The notes beneath the pieces were generated by a model. That model was not told the DNA's origin, made no database searches, and worked only from the letters and a program-made list of their open reading frames with translations. A program made the translations under genes and the position numbers. Below are positions 13,281-26,943 of a stretch of 64,000 nucleotides of DNA, in pieces (positions within the stretch are counted from its first letter, which is position 1; each line of letters starts with the position of its first letter). The stretch comes from Saccostrea cucullata (lineage: Eukaryota), in NCBI RefSeq assembly GCF_032062105.1, contig NW_026937303.1:186001-250000 (forward strand), written 5' to 3'.

Positions 13281-13585
13281 TTAAGCAGAGGATTGAATTT
13301 TGTATACAAGTGTACCATAGGTATATTGAATTATAAAAAAAATGAAAAAATGCTATAAAGTGGGGGGAAAATCATAAATCGCACAGAATGGAAATCTACA
13401 GTATTTTTTTACTTGCACTTTGTAAAATTGTTTCTTATATGTTAATAAATGTTAAATGAGTGAAATGAATACATGAAATAATACACAGACTGAGAAATCT
13501 AACACAGCTGCCATTCTTTTTTTGGAACACTTCCGTTAATTTTATATGATTATAGAGGTCACTGTTCCTGCCCTAGAGGATTGGC

Positions 13586-16186
13586 TTAAACACTTCCCAC
13601 AGTCCCTCTCTCTGTTCGGCTACAAACTGCCGTCTCTGTGTATTGTTTTCCTGTCTCTCTAGTCGTTTTACAGACTTTTGTGGTGCAGTTTACGTATATG
13701 TGTTCCACCAAAACCGCCATTTCCCGCCGAAATAGAATATAAATCCAGGGGTCAATGACGGAGTTTGTGAGACTAAGGCGAATCAAGAGGAGTTCCGTCT
13801 CACCCTCTCCACTAATGACGTCAGAAGCGTGCTGAAGCATGTTTACCTGCAGAGGGGAAAAAAATCAAATTATCCCAAAACAAATTGAAATGGCTGTGAA
13901 TGTCTAACCCATGATGGAAAAATATATTTATAACAAATATTTTTTGCTGTTGATTTTGTGAAATGTTTGAAAGAAGAGATTTTTATCAGGTTTCTACGAA
14001 AGCCCAATAAGGAACTATCAAAAATATTTTTGAATTCGAAATAACGACCTCAAAGAAGTTGTTATAACAAATTTAATTCGTTATAATTCTTTATAACGAT
14101 TTTGATAATTTATAACAAATTTGTTGAATTTGTTCAAACAATGTTTCCAATTTTTTAAAATAATGAATTAAATTCGCATAATCTATTACAACAATCAGGA
14201 CCAATAGAACTGAAACTAGAGGTGCTGTGAGCAATGAGCTCACTAAATTATATCCCCCGTCTCTCATATGATTATAATGGAAGAAGTCCATGTTTTGCTG
14301 TGGCCGGAAAACCCAAAATTTGTGTCGGATTAAAAAATAAAATAGGAGGTGCACAATGGCAATATGTAATAAAGTTTCTGTGAAAGTTTCATTAAATTTC
14401 ACTCAGTGATTTAAGAGGAGTTGCGGATAAGAGATGGGTACCCCAAAGCGTAACAGACAGACGGACGTACAGACGGACGGACGGACATACCGATTACTAT
14501 ATACCCTCCCACTTTTCAAGCGGGGCGTATAATAAATATGTCGAATTTGTTTTACCGAATTTAATTCATTATAATAAATTAAAGATTTTGTTTATATTAA
14601 TACTTTTTAGCATATTTTATTATACCCCCTGCTTGAAAAGTGGGAGGGTATATAGGAATTGGGATTTCCGTCCGTCCGTCTGTACATCCGTCCGTCCGTC
14701 TGTTACGCTTTATCTCTTATCCGAAACTCTTCTTATACTACTGTGTGAATTTAATGAAACTTTCACAGAATCTTTATTACATATTGTCATTGTGCACCTC
14801 CTATTTTACTTTTTTATTCGACACGTATTTTAGGTTTCCCATAGCAAAACATGGACATTGCCATTATATGTTTACCTATGACGTCACATATAGAAGCTTC
14901 TGGATAATATTTGATAGGACGAGTTATTCCTCTTTACACATTACCGTAAAACAATATATAGCAACACATGGACATTATGGGAGGCGGGGGTATCATTTAG
15001 TGAGCTCAATGCTCACAGTACATTTTTATAAAAACGAGTTTAATTGGTATTAAAATTTGTTTGAATTTTTAGTTATAACGAATTTAACAGATTAAATTCA
15101 TTATAACGAGTTCAAAGAAGCTGTTGGAACAAATTTAAATTGTTTAAAATTATTAGGCAATTCGTTATATCGAATAAAAAAAAATATTTTCATAGATCCT
15201 AAATGGGCTTTCAATAAAAAACCCCGCATCTTCGAAAACTCTGTAATGTTGTCCTCTATAAACTTTAAAATCTTCATGTGTTATGAAGTACAATAAAAAG
15301 AGTCCTTCTTTACATCAAATTTAATATTAATTCGAAAATTTTTAAAAAAGACATTTAACATCTGAAAGAATATTTTAGAACAGTCCATTTTTATGAAAGA
15401 TATATGAAGGAATACCATAAGAGGGAACCAACAGGAAGTCAGAACGGTCACTATGGTGAGGAGGAATATTATCACGTGAAACTCTCGCCAGCCTTGATAA
15501 GAACGTGTTGGAGACTGTCTTCGAAATCGTTTAAAAACAAAATATGCGATTACAGCAAAGTTCAAAAGAATTGTCATTATCACGACTAGAACACCAACAA
15601 CAGCATAAATGTACGCATACACCTCATTCTTAGTGATATCTGTATCAATGAAATTCAAAAAGCACCATGATCCAGGATAGAATATCTTGGCGGATCCTAA
15701 CCCGAAAACATGTAAACTGCAAAGTATGGCTGATGTTATCCACAATAAGGCCAATGTAATGTTGGCCCTTCGTCCTTTGGCCGGGGTATTGTATAGGATA
15801 GGAAAGTATGTGGCGGCAAATCTGTCAGCAGACATGCAGCAGACAATCATGGCGGAGGACATCAAGGTGAACATGTAAATAAAGGCGAGGTAGTCACAGA
15901 CTGGCGTAGATAACGTATCCTTGAATCGAGAGAGATACTGATACTCCGAAATCGGAATAGAGATCAGAATCCCTCCACCATCGGTTACTGCTAAACCACA
16001 AACAAATCTGTAGAAAGGTCGCCATTCGTGACATTTGGATCTGGAACAGAGAGTAAGAAGCGCTGCCAGATTTCCAAAAACTCCGAATATAAACAACAAA
16101 ATTACGGGGACCGAATCCTGGATACTCGGGATCTCTGTGCTTCCGGGGTTCTCGGTTGTGGTTTGATTTGGAGAAACTGGAAGCAT
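13586..16186 (-). CDS. Prostanoid (EP4-like) receptor, paralog 3 (343 aa)
   Basis: Exon 1 16186-15416 (PLM|GTATT); exon 2 13846-13586 (CAG|VNMLQHAS...RLSLTNSVIDPWIYI). ECL2 YPGSWCF; SADRF at the end of TM3. Confidence 0.93.
14213..14536 (-). mobile_element. HINE/DINE-1-like non-autonomous Helentron, copy A
   Basis: Reverse complement begins TTTATTATACGCCCCGCTTGAAAAGTGGGAGGGTATA, followed by a (GTCC)n microsatellite and a 3' stem-loop (TGAGCTCATTGCTCA). Confidence 0.65.
14616..15026 (+). mobile_element. HINE/DINE-1-like non-autonomous Helentron, copy B (inverted relative to copy A)
   Basis: TTTATTATACCCCCTGCTTGAAAAGTGGGAGGGTATA, a (CCGT)n tract and the 3' hairpin TGAGCTCAATGCTCA. Alignable to copy A in the opposite orientation. 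Confidence 0.65.
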
Positions 16187-17179
16187 CGTTTTTTTAAAAG
16201 CACCGAGGCCTTTATCTACTTCAATAAACTAGACGAAATAATAAGATGTCAAAAATTCTTAGCTACCACAAACATTTTATCTGAAACTAAAGTATTCCAA
16301 GTCGTGATGACCATTTGAGTATCTTTAGAGTATTTAGTGTATTTAGAGATTATGTTTTGATTTATTGTGGTCAATCCCTGCTCGGTTTATTGACATAGAA
16401 GTTTTATATCAACAAACCTGAGCGACCTCACCTCCTCGCTACCTTGGATGTCTTTATAATTACTACCAGGAAGTAAATCACAGGACAAAACAGAAAAACC
16501 AAAATTATAAACACGTAGTACTTTAATCTTTAAACAATATTTATTGCCATCATTAAATGAAGAGCCTTTTTATGGACAGTAATGGTGAATTCGAATAAAT
16601 TATCTAACACATTTCCAATAAAGGGGGAATCACCAAATTACCGCGTACTTTTATACCTTATATCTGCATTATTTGTATTAACGACAAGACCACTTTTGAA
16701 AAGTTGATTGGGTATTTTTAAGTCGTCTAACTAATCAAAGAATATCGAAGTCCAAATATTTTAAAGTTAACTCTTAGAAGATTTTCAGTATATGTTATTT
16801 TAATATTTACCAATGTTTTGGAACTTATGACATCAGCTTCTAAAGATGACAAAGCATTTGATATACCTTCCTTTCTCTTTTGTATATTATATTTACGGAA
16901 GGCTTGGAGAGGATGCTGTAACTTGATCGATAATGCAGTTTTTGAGATCTCTATTAATCAAAAGCAAAAGGGTAAAAAAAAATCAATACACGATTAATTA
17001 AACTTGTAAGCTCACAATCATGCCTTTGTGACATAATGATAAAGGTAGATATTGAAATCTTCCATTCTGGGAATTGTGACAGGTAAAGATATTGATTATT
17101 TCCAGTTAACGAAGTCACCAAGCAACTGGTCGCTATCGTCTGCCTCTGAACTCCTCATCAGGATTCAAAACGCTACAAA

Positions 17180-19754
17180 ATGAAGGAGATTTTCACTCAG
17201 GTAAAACATACGATTTTCTTTATTTCGACTTTGTGTAATTTTAGTAGCTTTTAAAGTCATATTTGAAAAAACTAAATACATGTATTCTTGATTTAACGCT
17301 TATCGTTTTTGCTGTGAATATATTGATTTTGTCACTGTCGATGGTTTCCAATTCTTTCATAAACTGGAAGTCACTCAATTATGTTGTATTTCTCATTCTA
17401 ACTTATTTCAACCAGAAGCAAATGAATTTATTAAGTCAGCTTTCATGAACAGGTTTATAACAAACTTCTTTGCCCTTTTTGATAATACTTGGTTAAGTGG
17501 TAAATAATAATCAATTGAATAAAAACAACGATACCAAGAACTGATATTATACACTGATATTGGTTATTACAAACGAGGTAAATGATCTGAGATAATAGCT
17601 AGTTCAGTAAGAAATGTGTGATACCATGCATCCTAAAGCTAAAGACCCTTCAAAAGGTTGTTGATTTCACAGGATGAACTTGAGGAACTGTTACGGAAAG
17701 CTGGACAGAAGCTGGTCATTATCGACTTCTGGGCCACGTGGTGCGGACCATGCAAAGTGATAGGACCCATGTTTAAAGTAATACTATCCATTAAAAAATA
17801 GTTCAACTAAATATTTTTTCAAAACAAAAACGTTTGAGCAAAAATACCTCGGTTAACAATGAATATCAGGCTAAAAAAATGTGAATAAGATAAGAATTGC
17901 TTTCTTATTTGTCAGAAACTGGCCCACGACCCTGAGTACGAAAAGGACGTCATATTTGCCTCTGTGGATGTCGATGAAGCTAATGTAAGTATGGACCTGA
18001 GCATTTCCATATCGATTCTGATTTTACTTGTGAAACAAATAGGGGAAGGGAGACGATGATGCGATCGCTATTCCCCAATTTAAAAAAAATCCCCGAAGTC
18101 TCTATTTTTGAATTGCCAAGTACATTTTTACATGAAATTGGGATATCCCAAATCCAAAAACTGAATGTCACGTGTCAAGCCATACACGCCTTATAGTATT
18201 TAGTTGTTTAATTCACATCAAACAAGGTCAAGTACCTCTCCTTCTTTTGTGCCTTCTCCGATTTTAATTCAACGAATGTTTTCTTTGAAACATGTGTAAG
18301 ATTCGCTCCTTTGACAGAAATAGTGCCCAATAAATTCCAAAAAATTGTAGGAATAGTAAATTTCCAAAATCTACACACACAGATATTGTTAAAGTCAAGT
18401 ACATTTTGCATTGATAGGGTACCTATTTATTTATAATTTGTTATTATCAGGAATTTTGAGATTGGTAATAGTTGTTTTTTTTTTGAATTTCCAAATGTAC
18501 TACTTGTGCCCTTTTATAAGCCGTTCTTTCAATTTATTTATATACATTAAACAGAATTTATTCAAAACTTCTAGACGAAAGAAGTCTCTTGTCGTTATCT
18601 TCAACTCGGCATTTAAATATCCTTATAGTTTTTACCAATTAGCATTATTCATTTTGAAACAACATATTGATTTATTGATTCATGGATTCGATATATTCAT
18701 TTGAAATCGAAATAAAAGGCAAAACAGAGTTTGGTCAAATATGGAGATACCGAACAAAACTTAGGCCATTTCAACAATACAAATCATCACAATCCAGGGT
18801 TTTAACAATGATCTAACAATTTGAATGAAAAACTTCCTCTGTTTCATAACTGGATGTTTACTTGGAAAAGAAGTCATTAGCAAAATATAAACAAAACTTA
18901 ATGATATGATGACTTCAACTTCCCTAATATATGAACTGTAGCAAAACACAACTATCAACATCATGGAGAATAATGTCTCTCGGTTAATTAGATATACAAG
19001 AATTTTCTACGTAAGAATTTGTAAAAGAGGAAAACTTTTATTAAAAAAATGATACAATATTATTAATAGTCTCGTTTAATGTCAATATTTGCAATTTCTA
19101 TTATTGATACTATGACTATGACATTGTCAACAAATTCAATATATAGTGAATAATACATACCTTTTTCCATATCACATCCTATATCAGCCCAAGACACCAA
19201 TATATGCCAGAGGAACTTTTAAGCTTGAAAGCTGTTCTTATCTTCATATTTCAATTCGTTGTCTATTTTATCTTATTGTGTAAACAGTTTGATTTTCCGA
19301 TCTCATGATCAGATTTTGCGGTTATAAATTCTATATATTATCTAGAAGTTCTTTTGTTCTTTAATAGGAACTTGCTGAGGAAATAGGAATAGAGTGTATG
19401 CCGACCATTATGTTCTTTAAGGACGGAGAAAAGGTAAAACTAAGGTCCAATAAAACAGAGGTTGACTGGTAAATTTGATAGAAACTGTAATTAGCACACA
19501 TTATGTACATACAGTGTAAGCAAAAGAATATCTCATGAATCAACGCCAATTGTAACTTCTAATGAGCGGAGGTAAATTGAAACTATAATACGACCTTAAC
19601 ACATTTAAAGTATTCATATCAATGTATAAAGCGATCAATGCAGCCTGATGTACTGTTAATTATATAATTGTATGTATTTCTTTAGGTCGATGAAATGTCA
19701 GGCGCTAACAAAGCCAAACTAGTGGAAAAGATCGAGGAGCTCCGGAAGAAATGA
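17180..19754 (+). CDS. TXN: Cytosolic thioredoxin (109 aa, 5 exons; absent from the ORF track)
   Basis: Exons 17180-17200 (MKEIFTQ), 17673-17777 ([35 protein letters not shown]), 17916-17984 ([23 protein letters not shown]), 19368-19433 ([22 protein letters not shown]), 19686-19754 ([22 protein letters not shown]). All introns GT-AG, phase 0. WCGPC active site and cis-Pro MPT motif. Confidence 0.95.
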
Positions 19755-21781
19755 GGAAGTGCCGAATGATAGAGAAATTAGGGAACCCCCACCCTGTGTT
19801 TGTGAGACAGTATGACGTTAGATAAAAATTCCTTTATGTCAGTCCGGTTGTGAGTAATTAATGATTACCTTGTGTGAGGACAGGGCGAATGACCCCCATT
19901 AAACATCCTTCCCCTCAAGATGTCCTGTATTGTAAAACTGTTGTACAAGTTACTGATGAAAATATAGAAAATAATTTGTTATTATGAAGTTTAAATGATT
20001 GTACTTTAGACAAAAACAACATTTCTAAATTGGTTTGAACATATTTTATTGTATATTCTAATTGAAAAGGGATTGGGCACAAGTTCTAAAAATTTATAAC
20101 GCCCTCTCCCTAAATTAAAGGAGTTATATATAAAAGTTTAAAAGATGAGAAGATTATAACGAAGTACATGACTTAGTAAAGAAATAGTGCTACTGAGCTA
20201 TTATATTTGGCAGTTACATGAATTCCTTAATCTTGCAGTGTTAATCAATAAGATTTTAAACTATACAAAGGCTCAGGACTATTAAATAGGTTTTGTTTGC
20301 TTTTGACGTTTTAAACAGCAAACATTGCATCTGTAAATGAAATAAAATACAAATTAGAATAAAACTGTTGAAAAGATATGTGAAAAAGACAAGGCTTTCT
20401 TCATTGTTGATAAAAAAGAACTGCATTTAAAAAATTTCCAATAAATACTGGAGTTATAGCTTCCAGGGTGTGAAATAAATTGAAAAGACTGAATAAGTTT
20501 ACATTTCTGGTTGTCCCATCTAGAGCCTATCAGATAAATGTGACCTATTTTACCCGCCTTCTCTACACGTGAAGAATGTCTGCCGGTTTGTCTTGGATTA
20601 AGACCATATGATGATAACACAATGAAAACATATAATACAGTATGTATGTTTATTGAAAAAGAACTTAAACAAATTTTTTTTTACAATATGTAATGCATAT
20701 TAGATTACTACTCACAGTTCCCAGTATCAAAACCAATTTATCAGACATCGAAAATGGAATAAAATCTAAAAAAAAAATATTGGTACTTCATACAAAATCG
20801 TAAAGTATTACTAGATAATTTTTTTAGTAATAAGAATATCTTGGTACTTTTTTTAAATGTCTGAAAATTAATCGTAAATATTTTTGAAATGAGATTTTAA
20901 GCAGATAATATTCTCCTTGAATAATTTGAAGTTTGATTTAAGATTTTTTTTTCCTCCTAACATATTTCTGACACTTTGCTCGTCTCTGGATTCGACTGTT
21001 TTTTTTTTTTTTGATAAACACAGAGGGCACACGGTGAAAAAGAGTCCGACAGAGAGTGCATGTATTTACTCCTGTATGGCACCTGATCCAGTCTATGAAG
21101 TTTCCGCATTTTAACTTTTTAGGGCCTTATTCTCAAAACTGTATTTCAATAAAGGATGTAATTGAGATTGACCTCTTTCTAGTATTTTCATTTTCTTATG
21201 GTCTAGAGATGTTCATTATGTATATATGTTTCTATGCGATATTGAAGAATTTTTTCGAACTTTGCAATTGTCTTTGTTGTTAATTTTTTTGTACAAAAAT
21301 ATGCTTGTTTCGACAGATATGCTCCTGTTTGAAAAGAAAACGTAAAAGGTGCTCACAAGACACAGATTTAACAATTATACGTGCTTGACTAAAGAAAACT
21401 TTGGCTGTAAATCCTAAATTGATTCAACTTGAATAAGTTTGAGTAGAAATTTTTTTTAAACATAATATTTTGAGTAGACATAACAGCATAATTTATTAAA
21501 AACACCACTTTTATATATAATTTGATACTTTCATAACAATCAGATAAATATAGTCTAAAGATATCAAATATTGTACAAACTATTCATGGCTGATTTTCAT
21601 ATTCTGACCAAAGTAAAGAAGATTGTCTATGCAATGTACATACTAGTAATCATAACAAAGGAAACAAAAAATAAAGTTTGCCCAAGAATAAAAAATGGAT
21701 ACATAAAAAATAATTGTCTATTATCAACCCAGTTTTTCATTTTCAAATATGACGCCTTGCATTCAAAGTACTTCTAGCTTA

Positions 21782-24154
21782 CTAAAGAATTGTTATTTTT
21801 GATGCCACTTTTGGTACGTCACTCTTGTTGTGTGATTCCTTCTTACGATTCAAAATCTTATTAAAACAATTCATTACCATACCACATGCTTCTTTTCGGA
21901 ACAGGATGTAGATCCATGGGTCTATGACAGAGTTAGTCACGCCCATGCGCAGAACAATCAACTCTGTTCTACCTTGTCCGACAATAGAGAAAGTAGCATG
22001 CTGGAATATGTTGACCTGTTAAACAAATTATGAGTGTAAATACAGTACATAACAGTGTCCTTTATTGACACATAACGTGAAGAGTACACGAAAGTTCGTG
22101 TTTTAAGTTTAAGTTATTTCAAACTTATTTGTAGATGTAATTTACTGAATTTAAATATCTTGCATGGATAATAATATTTTGATTTCTATAAAGCGACAAT
22201 TGCACGGTGATAAACATTGAAGATGCATAGGGCATATCCATAGGAGTTATCTTTACTTTTATATAGTTTTTAATTCTCTGACATAGATCTCGAATTCGAC
22301 ATTTTAATATATCGTGGACATCATTTGACAGTTATTTTACTTTATATATGTCGACATGATAAATTTCAGTTAGCTTGAAATTAAAGATACCACAAATTCT
22401 GCCCGTATGTTTCATTTTTGGATATTGTACGAGAAAAAGTTATCTAAGAACAAAGCTTTAGAATAAAAGGGAGGACTAACGTTCCAATCCTCAACTTCCC
22501 TTTTGTTACTTTGAGGCGATAATAAACCTCAATAACCTGCCCAAGGGATTTTATTTTCTCATGTGGTTGATTCAAGAGCATGCTCTGCGAATGAACAATT
22601 TCTAAAACGAGGTAAATTATTAACAAACAAATTGATGAAACGAGATATCAATAGTCTCGTTCAAAGTCATTATTACGTAAGGCCTGTGGTCGATGCAATG
22701 AATTTGTTAGCAGCTACTTATTACGACCATTCAGCAGGGGATGCTTACTCCTCCATGGCACCTGATCCTACTGCTGGAGTTTCTGAGGTAAGTGTTTTCT
22801 CTGCTCCCGATTTGTATAGTTTAAATGGACTTTTGAGCTTAAATACTTTTCGTTTTCTAGTTTATTCTTATTTTTAAAATTATTAACCTATGTGCTCCAA
22901 CCTCTCCCCGTTCTTATAAAAGACAAGTTTTAATTTTGCCTTTTTATAAAATATAGTGTCAGGTATTAAAAATTCACCTTAAGCTTATCGTAAGTGAAAA
23001 AACTGCTTCATGATAAAATAACTTAAAAGCAGTTATTCTTTTAAATTAAAAATACTGATGGGAGATTCCCCTTCGGTCATTTACAAAATCTAAAGGTAGA
23101 AATTCAACATTTTTTCTTCTATTCTATGATGATTTAAGATTTTGTGGTGTTATTTTACTGCAATTTTACACGTATCGATTTCAAATTATAAAGGGAAAAA
23201 GTTAATTAAAAAGGACGAACCACTTTGAAGTAACCTTTTAAAAGAAAATACTATTTTTGTAAAGCTAGCTTAAAAATTTTAGCCAATGCAAAAGGTTAAA
23301 GCATATTCATAAGAAATATAATATTGTAAAGGTGTAAAGCTTACCACAAGAGGCGCCCAACAGGAAGTAAAGACTGTCACAATCATCAACAGAAAGAGAA
23401 CAACCGAAAGTTCGTTCCTGTTGGTCTTGTTTACTGTCTTACTAAATTTATTTTTTAAGAAGAACACAATAACCAACACGTTTATAAGCATAGTCAAGAT
23501 GAGGACCACCGCCCCAGTTGCGGCATAGATGTAGGAATAAATCACTTTTGCTTTAGATGACATGTCAATAAAATCCAGAAAACACCAGGAACCCGGATAA
23601 TAGTTCTTACTGGCGCCTAATCCGTACAGATGTAAGGAGCTGATGACCCCTGATAAAGTCCAGGCACAGGCTAGCATAACCAAAGCTCGACGCTCCTTTG
23701 TTGGCGTGTTGTAAAGAAAGGGAAAGAATATGGCAAAGAAGCGGTCAAACGACATACAACAGACGATCATTGCAGACGACATTAGAGTAAACATGAAAAC
23801 AAAGCCCAGATAATCACAGAGGGGTTTTGGAAAAGTGTACTCGAAATTTGAAATATAGCGGTACTCGGCGAACGGATATGACGCTAGTATTCCTCCGCCA
23901 TCAGAAATAGCTAGTCCGCACACAAGTCTGTAGAACGGGCGCCATTTGTGATCCTTTGCAGAATAGCACAAAACAAATAGAGCTATGGCGTTTCCAACAA
24001 CTCCAAAAAAGAACAGAAGAGTAACAGGTGCGATGTGTTCGTACACACGAGTTGTTGTGGTTAGATTCTGTGTGCTTGGGGAACCGACCATTGAGACGGT
24101 TGTTACATTAGAGTTTGAAATAATGTCCGAGTTGATGTCATTATTCGTTGTCAT
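21782..24154 (-). CDS. Prostanoid (EP4-like) receptor, paralog 4 (347 aa)
   Basis: Exon 1 24154-23345 (PLV|GTAAG). Exon 2 22015-21782, not in the ORF track, translated by hand: VNIFQHATFSIVGQGRTELIVLRMGVTNSVIDPWIYILFRKE...KITIL*. Confidence 0.92.
22330..22870 (+). mobile_element. Degenerate Penelope-like (Naiad-type) 3' fragment in the intron of receptor 4
   Basis: An LEIKDTT-like segment, SRACS..EQFLKRGKLLTNKLMK and the shared tail (caggggatgcttactcctccatggcacctgatcc). Confidence 0.7.
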
Positions 24155-24846
24155 TGTTGAAATTCCTAGGCATTGTCGTAAATCCTGAGCATTGTCGTAA
24201 TTGCTGCACTTTCTCTCTACAGAGATATCTTCGGTGTCATTGTTATTTTATCAGTGTCAAAACAAAAACGTCTATCCGACAGTAATTATATTGATACTTT
24301 ATATACTGATTTACTGACTTTGTCTGAGAAATGAGCGATTAGATTTCAGCTGTAATGGTATTAACAATTTTGATATCAACACGATTGAATTCTAACATTA
24401 ATGTAATGATTTACTTACTTTAGCAAAAAGTACTTGAATTTGATGACATTATTCACTCTTTGTGATTAGATGGTAATGGTTCTGGCTTAGTTTTTCAATC
24501 ATCCCTAATCCCACATTAACAAACTCTCAAAAGTATCTCGTTCAAAAGAGGTCAATTCAAGAATATTTTGAATGAAAAAGTAGGTCACAAAAACATTGTC
24601 ATGTGTTTTTGTTGATATAAAAATAGGTACAAAGGTTATTAGGTAAAAAACACATTAAAAGGTACAGTGTATCTATAGGCATTGTAAAATATACATTCTT
24701 TACAGACCAGCAATCTTTTGTAATCTTTTATACTTGTTCGTACAATATATCAACTTAAACTACTGTAAACGTACTACATTTGGAGGTATATTCTATTTAT
24801 CGATATTGTCGGAAAGTAGAATTCGCTAAATCAAGTACATCGTTAA

Positions 24847-25788
24847 GGTATGTCACTCGTGAAATCAAGGATTTTTTGAGAAGCGTATTTTGGATGAGTA
24901 CTCATATAGTGTGACTCAAAATCGCAGAGGAAATAGGGGCTCAGTGTGCATCTTACTGAGCTACGATACGATTTAGTTGACCTTTTTTCACTTAAATTTT
25001 AACTCTTTGGTTAATTACTATAACCTTTATAATATTTTATCAGATGTAACGATGGCAAAAAATATAACCTTATTTTACGTAAAATAGTTTGAAATACTAT
25101 TGAATAATATTTATCATTGAATAAATCATGCCAATTAATGCGCGTAAATTAATGTGCACCTTTTTGCACAAAAATGTAACATACATGCATTTGGAGTATT
25201 AGAAATATACATAGGCAATAAGATATTTTCTTGTATCAAACGTTATATGACTTAAGTGCTGATCAGTCAAAAGTACCGAGTAGTTTAAAATAACTAAAGA
25301 AAAAGTAAGGGTCAGTGATGTTAATTTTGAAATACATTAGTCAAAACATGTGATTTTCAGGCAAAAAAACGGTTTAAATTTTATCTTGACTTCTTTAACA
25401 TATCTTCTTTTCTCAGCAAAGTTTGTTGGGGGTAAGGTGTAAAATTTGTTCTAAAAATATAAATTGAGACCTTTATGCAATATTCGTAGCATATCATAAC
25501 GGAAAATATTTCACGAGTAATTTAAAAGTATGTGAGGCTAAAGTTCCAAGATATTAAATTTAATAAATGTGTAGATTTGCAGAATTTTCTGCTAAATATC
25601 CTTCCATCTTAAGAAATAGTCCCTCATAAATTTTGCTTCCTTGAGAATTTTTTGAGCAGTTTTTTCATTGAATGTTGAATAATTTACACTGTTGAATTCT
25701 AATATGTTATAAAAATTGAATTATAATAAATAGTTTTGAATTAAGAGGTTCTGCGTGAACTTTTCCGAAAAGCTGACGAGTGACATCC
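24847..25788. mobile_element. Non-autonomous Kolobok-type DNA transposon
   Basis: TTAA|GGTATGTCACTCGT ... ACGAGTGACATCC|TTAA (TIR with a 1-nt indel). Confidence 0.7.
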
Positions 25789-26943
25789 TTAAACATTTGC
25801 TCTGCTCCTATTTTGTAATGTTTAATAGACTTTTGAGCTCGAATACTGTTTGTTATCTTCATATTTTTTTCATTCACGTCTAAAAGTCCGTTAACACTTT
25901 ACAAACGGGGAACATAGCAAACAAGGACCTCTAAAACATCAGAGGTGAGATCAACACCCACCACACAACACTGCATATTGATCATGTGGCCGGATTAAAA
26001 AAATATTGCAATTTTTTTACTACAACTTTCCGCTAGTGGTATGTAGTGGTTTAAAACTTATTTATCGTACTCAGAATATAATTTTCAGCATCGAATAATA
26101 GGGAGAGACAAACACCATACGAAGCGGAATATAGATACATAAAGTTGACGATGAAAAAAGGTAATCATCTTATTTGTCTTGCAGGTTAGTTGTTAGTTGA
26201 CCCTTCTCATACATAGTCAGTAAAACATCCAAAATATGAAGTAAATGTGGCAAACTTTATTTTTCCCCCCATTTTTACACGTTTATTGGAATACATTTAC
26301 ATGTATATTGAGTTTAAAATGTTATGTCTGAATATCGAAAAGATCACATTTGGATTTTTCCCCACATGTATAAGCTTGGTTATTCTTGTAACAGATTGAT
26401 TATTTTATAAAATTGTACTTATGAAAAGTTAATGGAATTAATTGATATTTTAATTTTTAATGATATGCTTTTTTGTCGACTTCATATTCAATGATTCTTA
26501 TAGTTGCTTTCCTTGCAAGGGATAGTTAATTAAGAATATTCTATTTTTGACCTTCAATGGAATACACCGAATTGTTGATCATTAGTTTGCGTTCAGTAAA
26601 TTTGTTTTCTTTTTCCAATTATTAGATGATTTTTTGATACAAAAAATGAGGACAGTTGCAATGTCTGGCATGAAAAAACAATCACATATAATACTTGTTT
26701 TATTCAGTAGTTACATCTTAACATTGAATGATTAATCATTTTCGGTGAATCATGCGATGTATTTTTGTTAAAAAATTACCATCAGGAAATAATTCTATTG
26801 TCTAAACCTTTTTGACCTCAATCTCTATTTGGAAATTTAATATATGATGCACTAATAGAAGCAGATTGTTTTTTGACATTTACCTCGGACGATTTCATCT
26901 GCACATGATCGGATTGCTAATTCTGAGATTGTTCTTGCCAAAT

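Larger units (their letters stand above)
13995..15216. mobile_element. Foldback element with palindromic subunits (ttataacgaa...ttcgttataa) in the intron of receptor 3, carrying nested insertions
   Basis: Left end TACGAAAGCCCAATAAGGAACTATCAAAAATATTTT matches the reverse complement of the right end AAAATATTTTCATAGATCCTAAATGGGCTTTCAATA. Subunit repeats at ~14035-14180, ~14540-14580 and ~15030-15175. Confidence 0.65.

Noticed and set aside
14091-15053. ORFs 14091..14402, 14588..14833 and 14640..15053 as genes
   Set aside because: They lie within the HINE-like repeats. The SVRP repeats derive from the (CCGT)n microsatellite.
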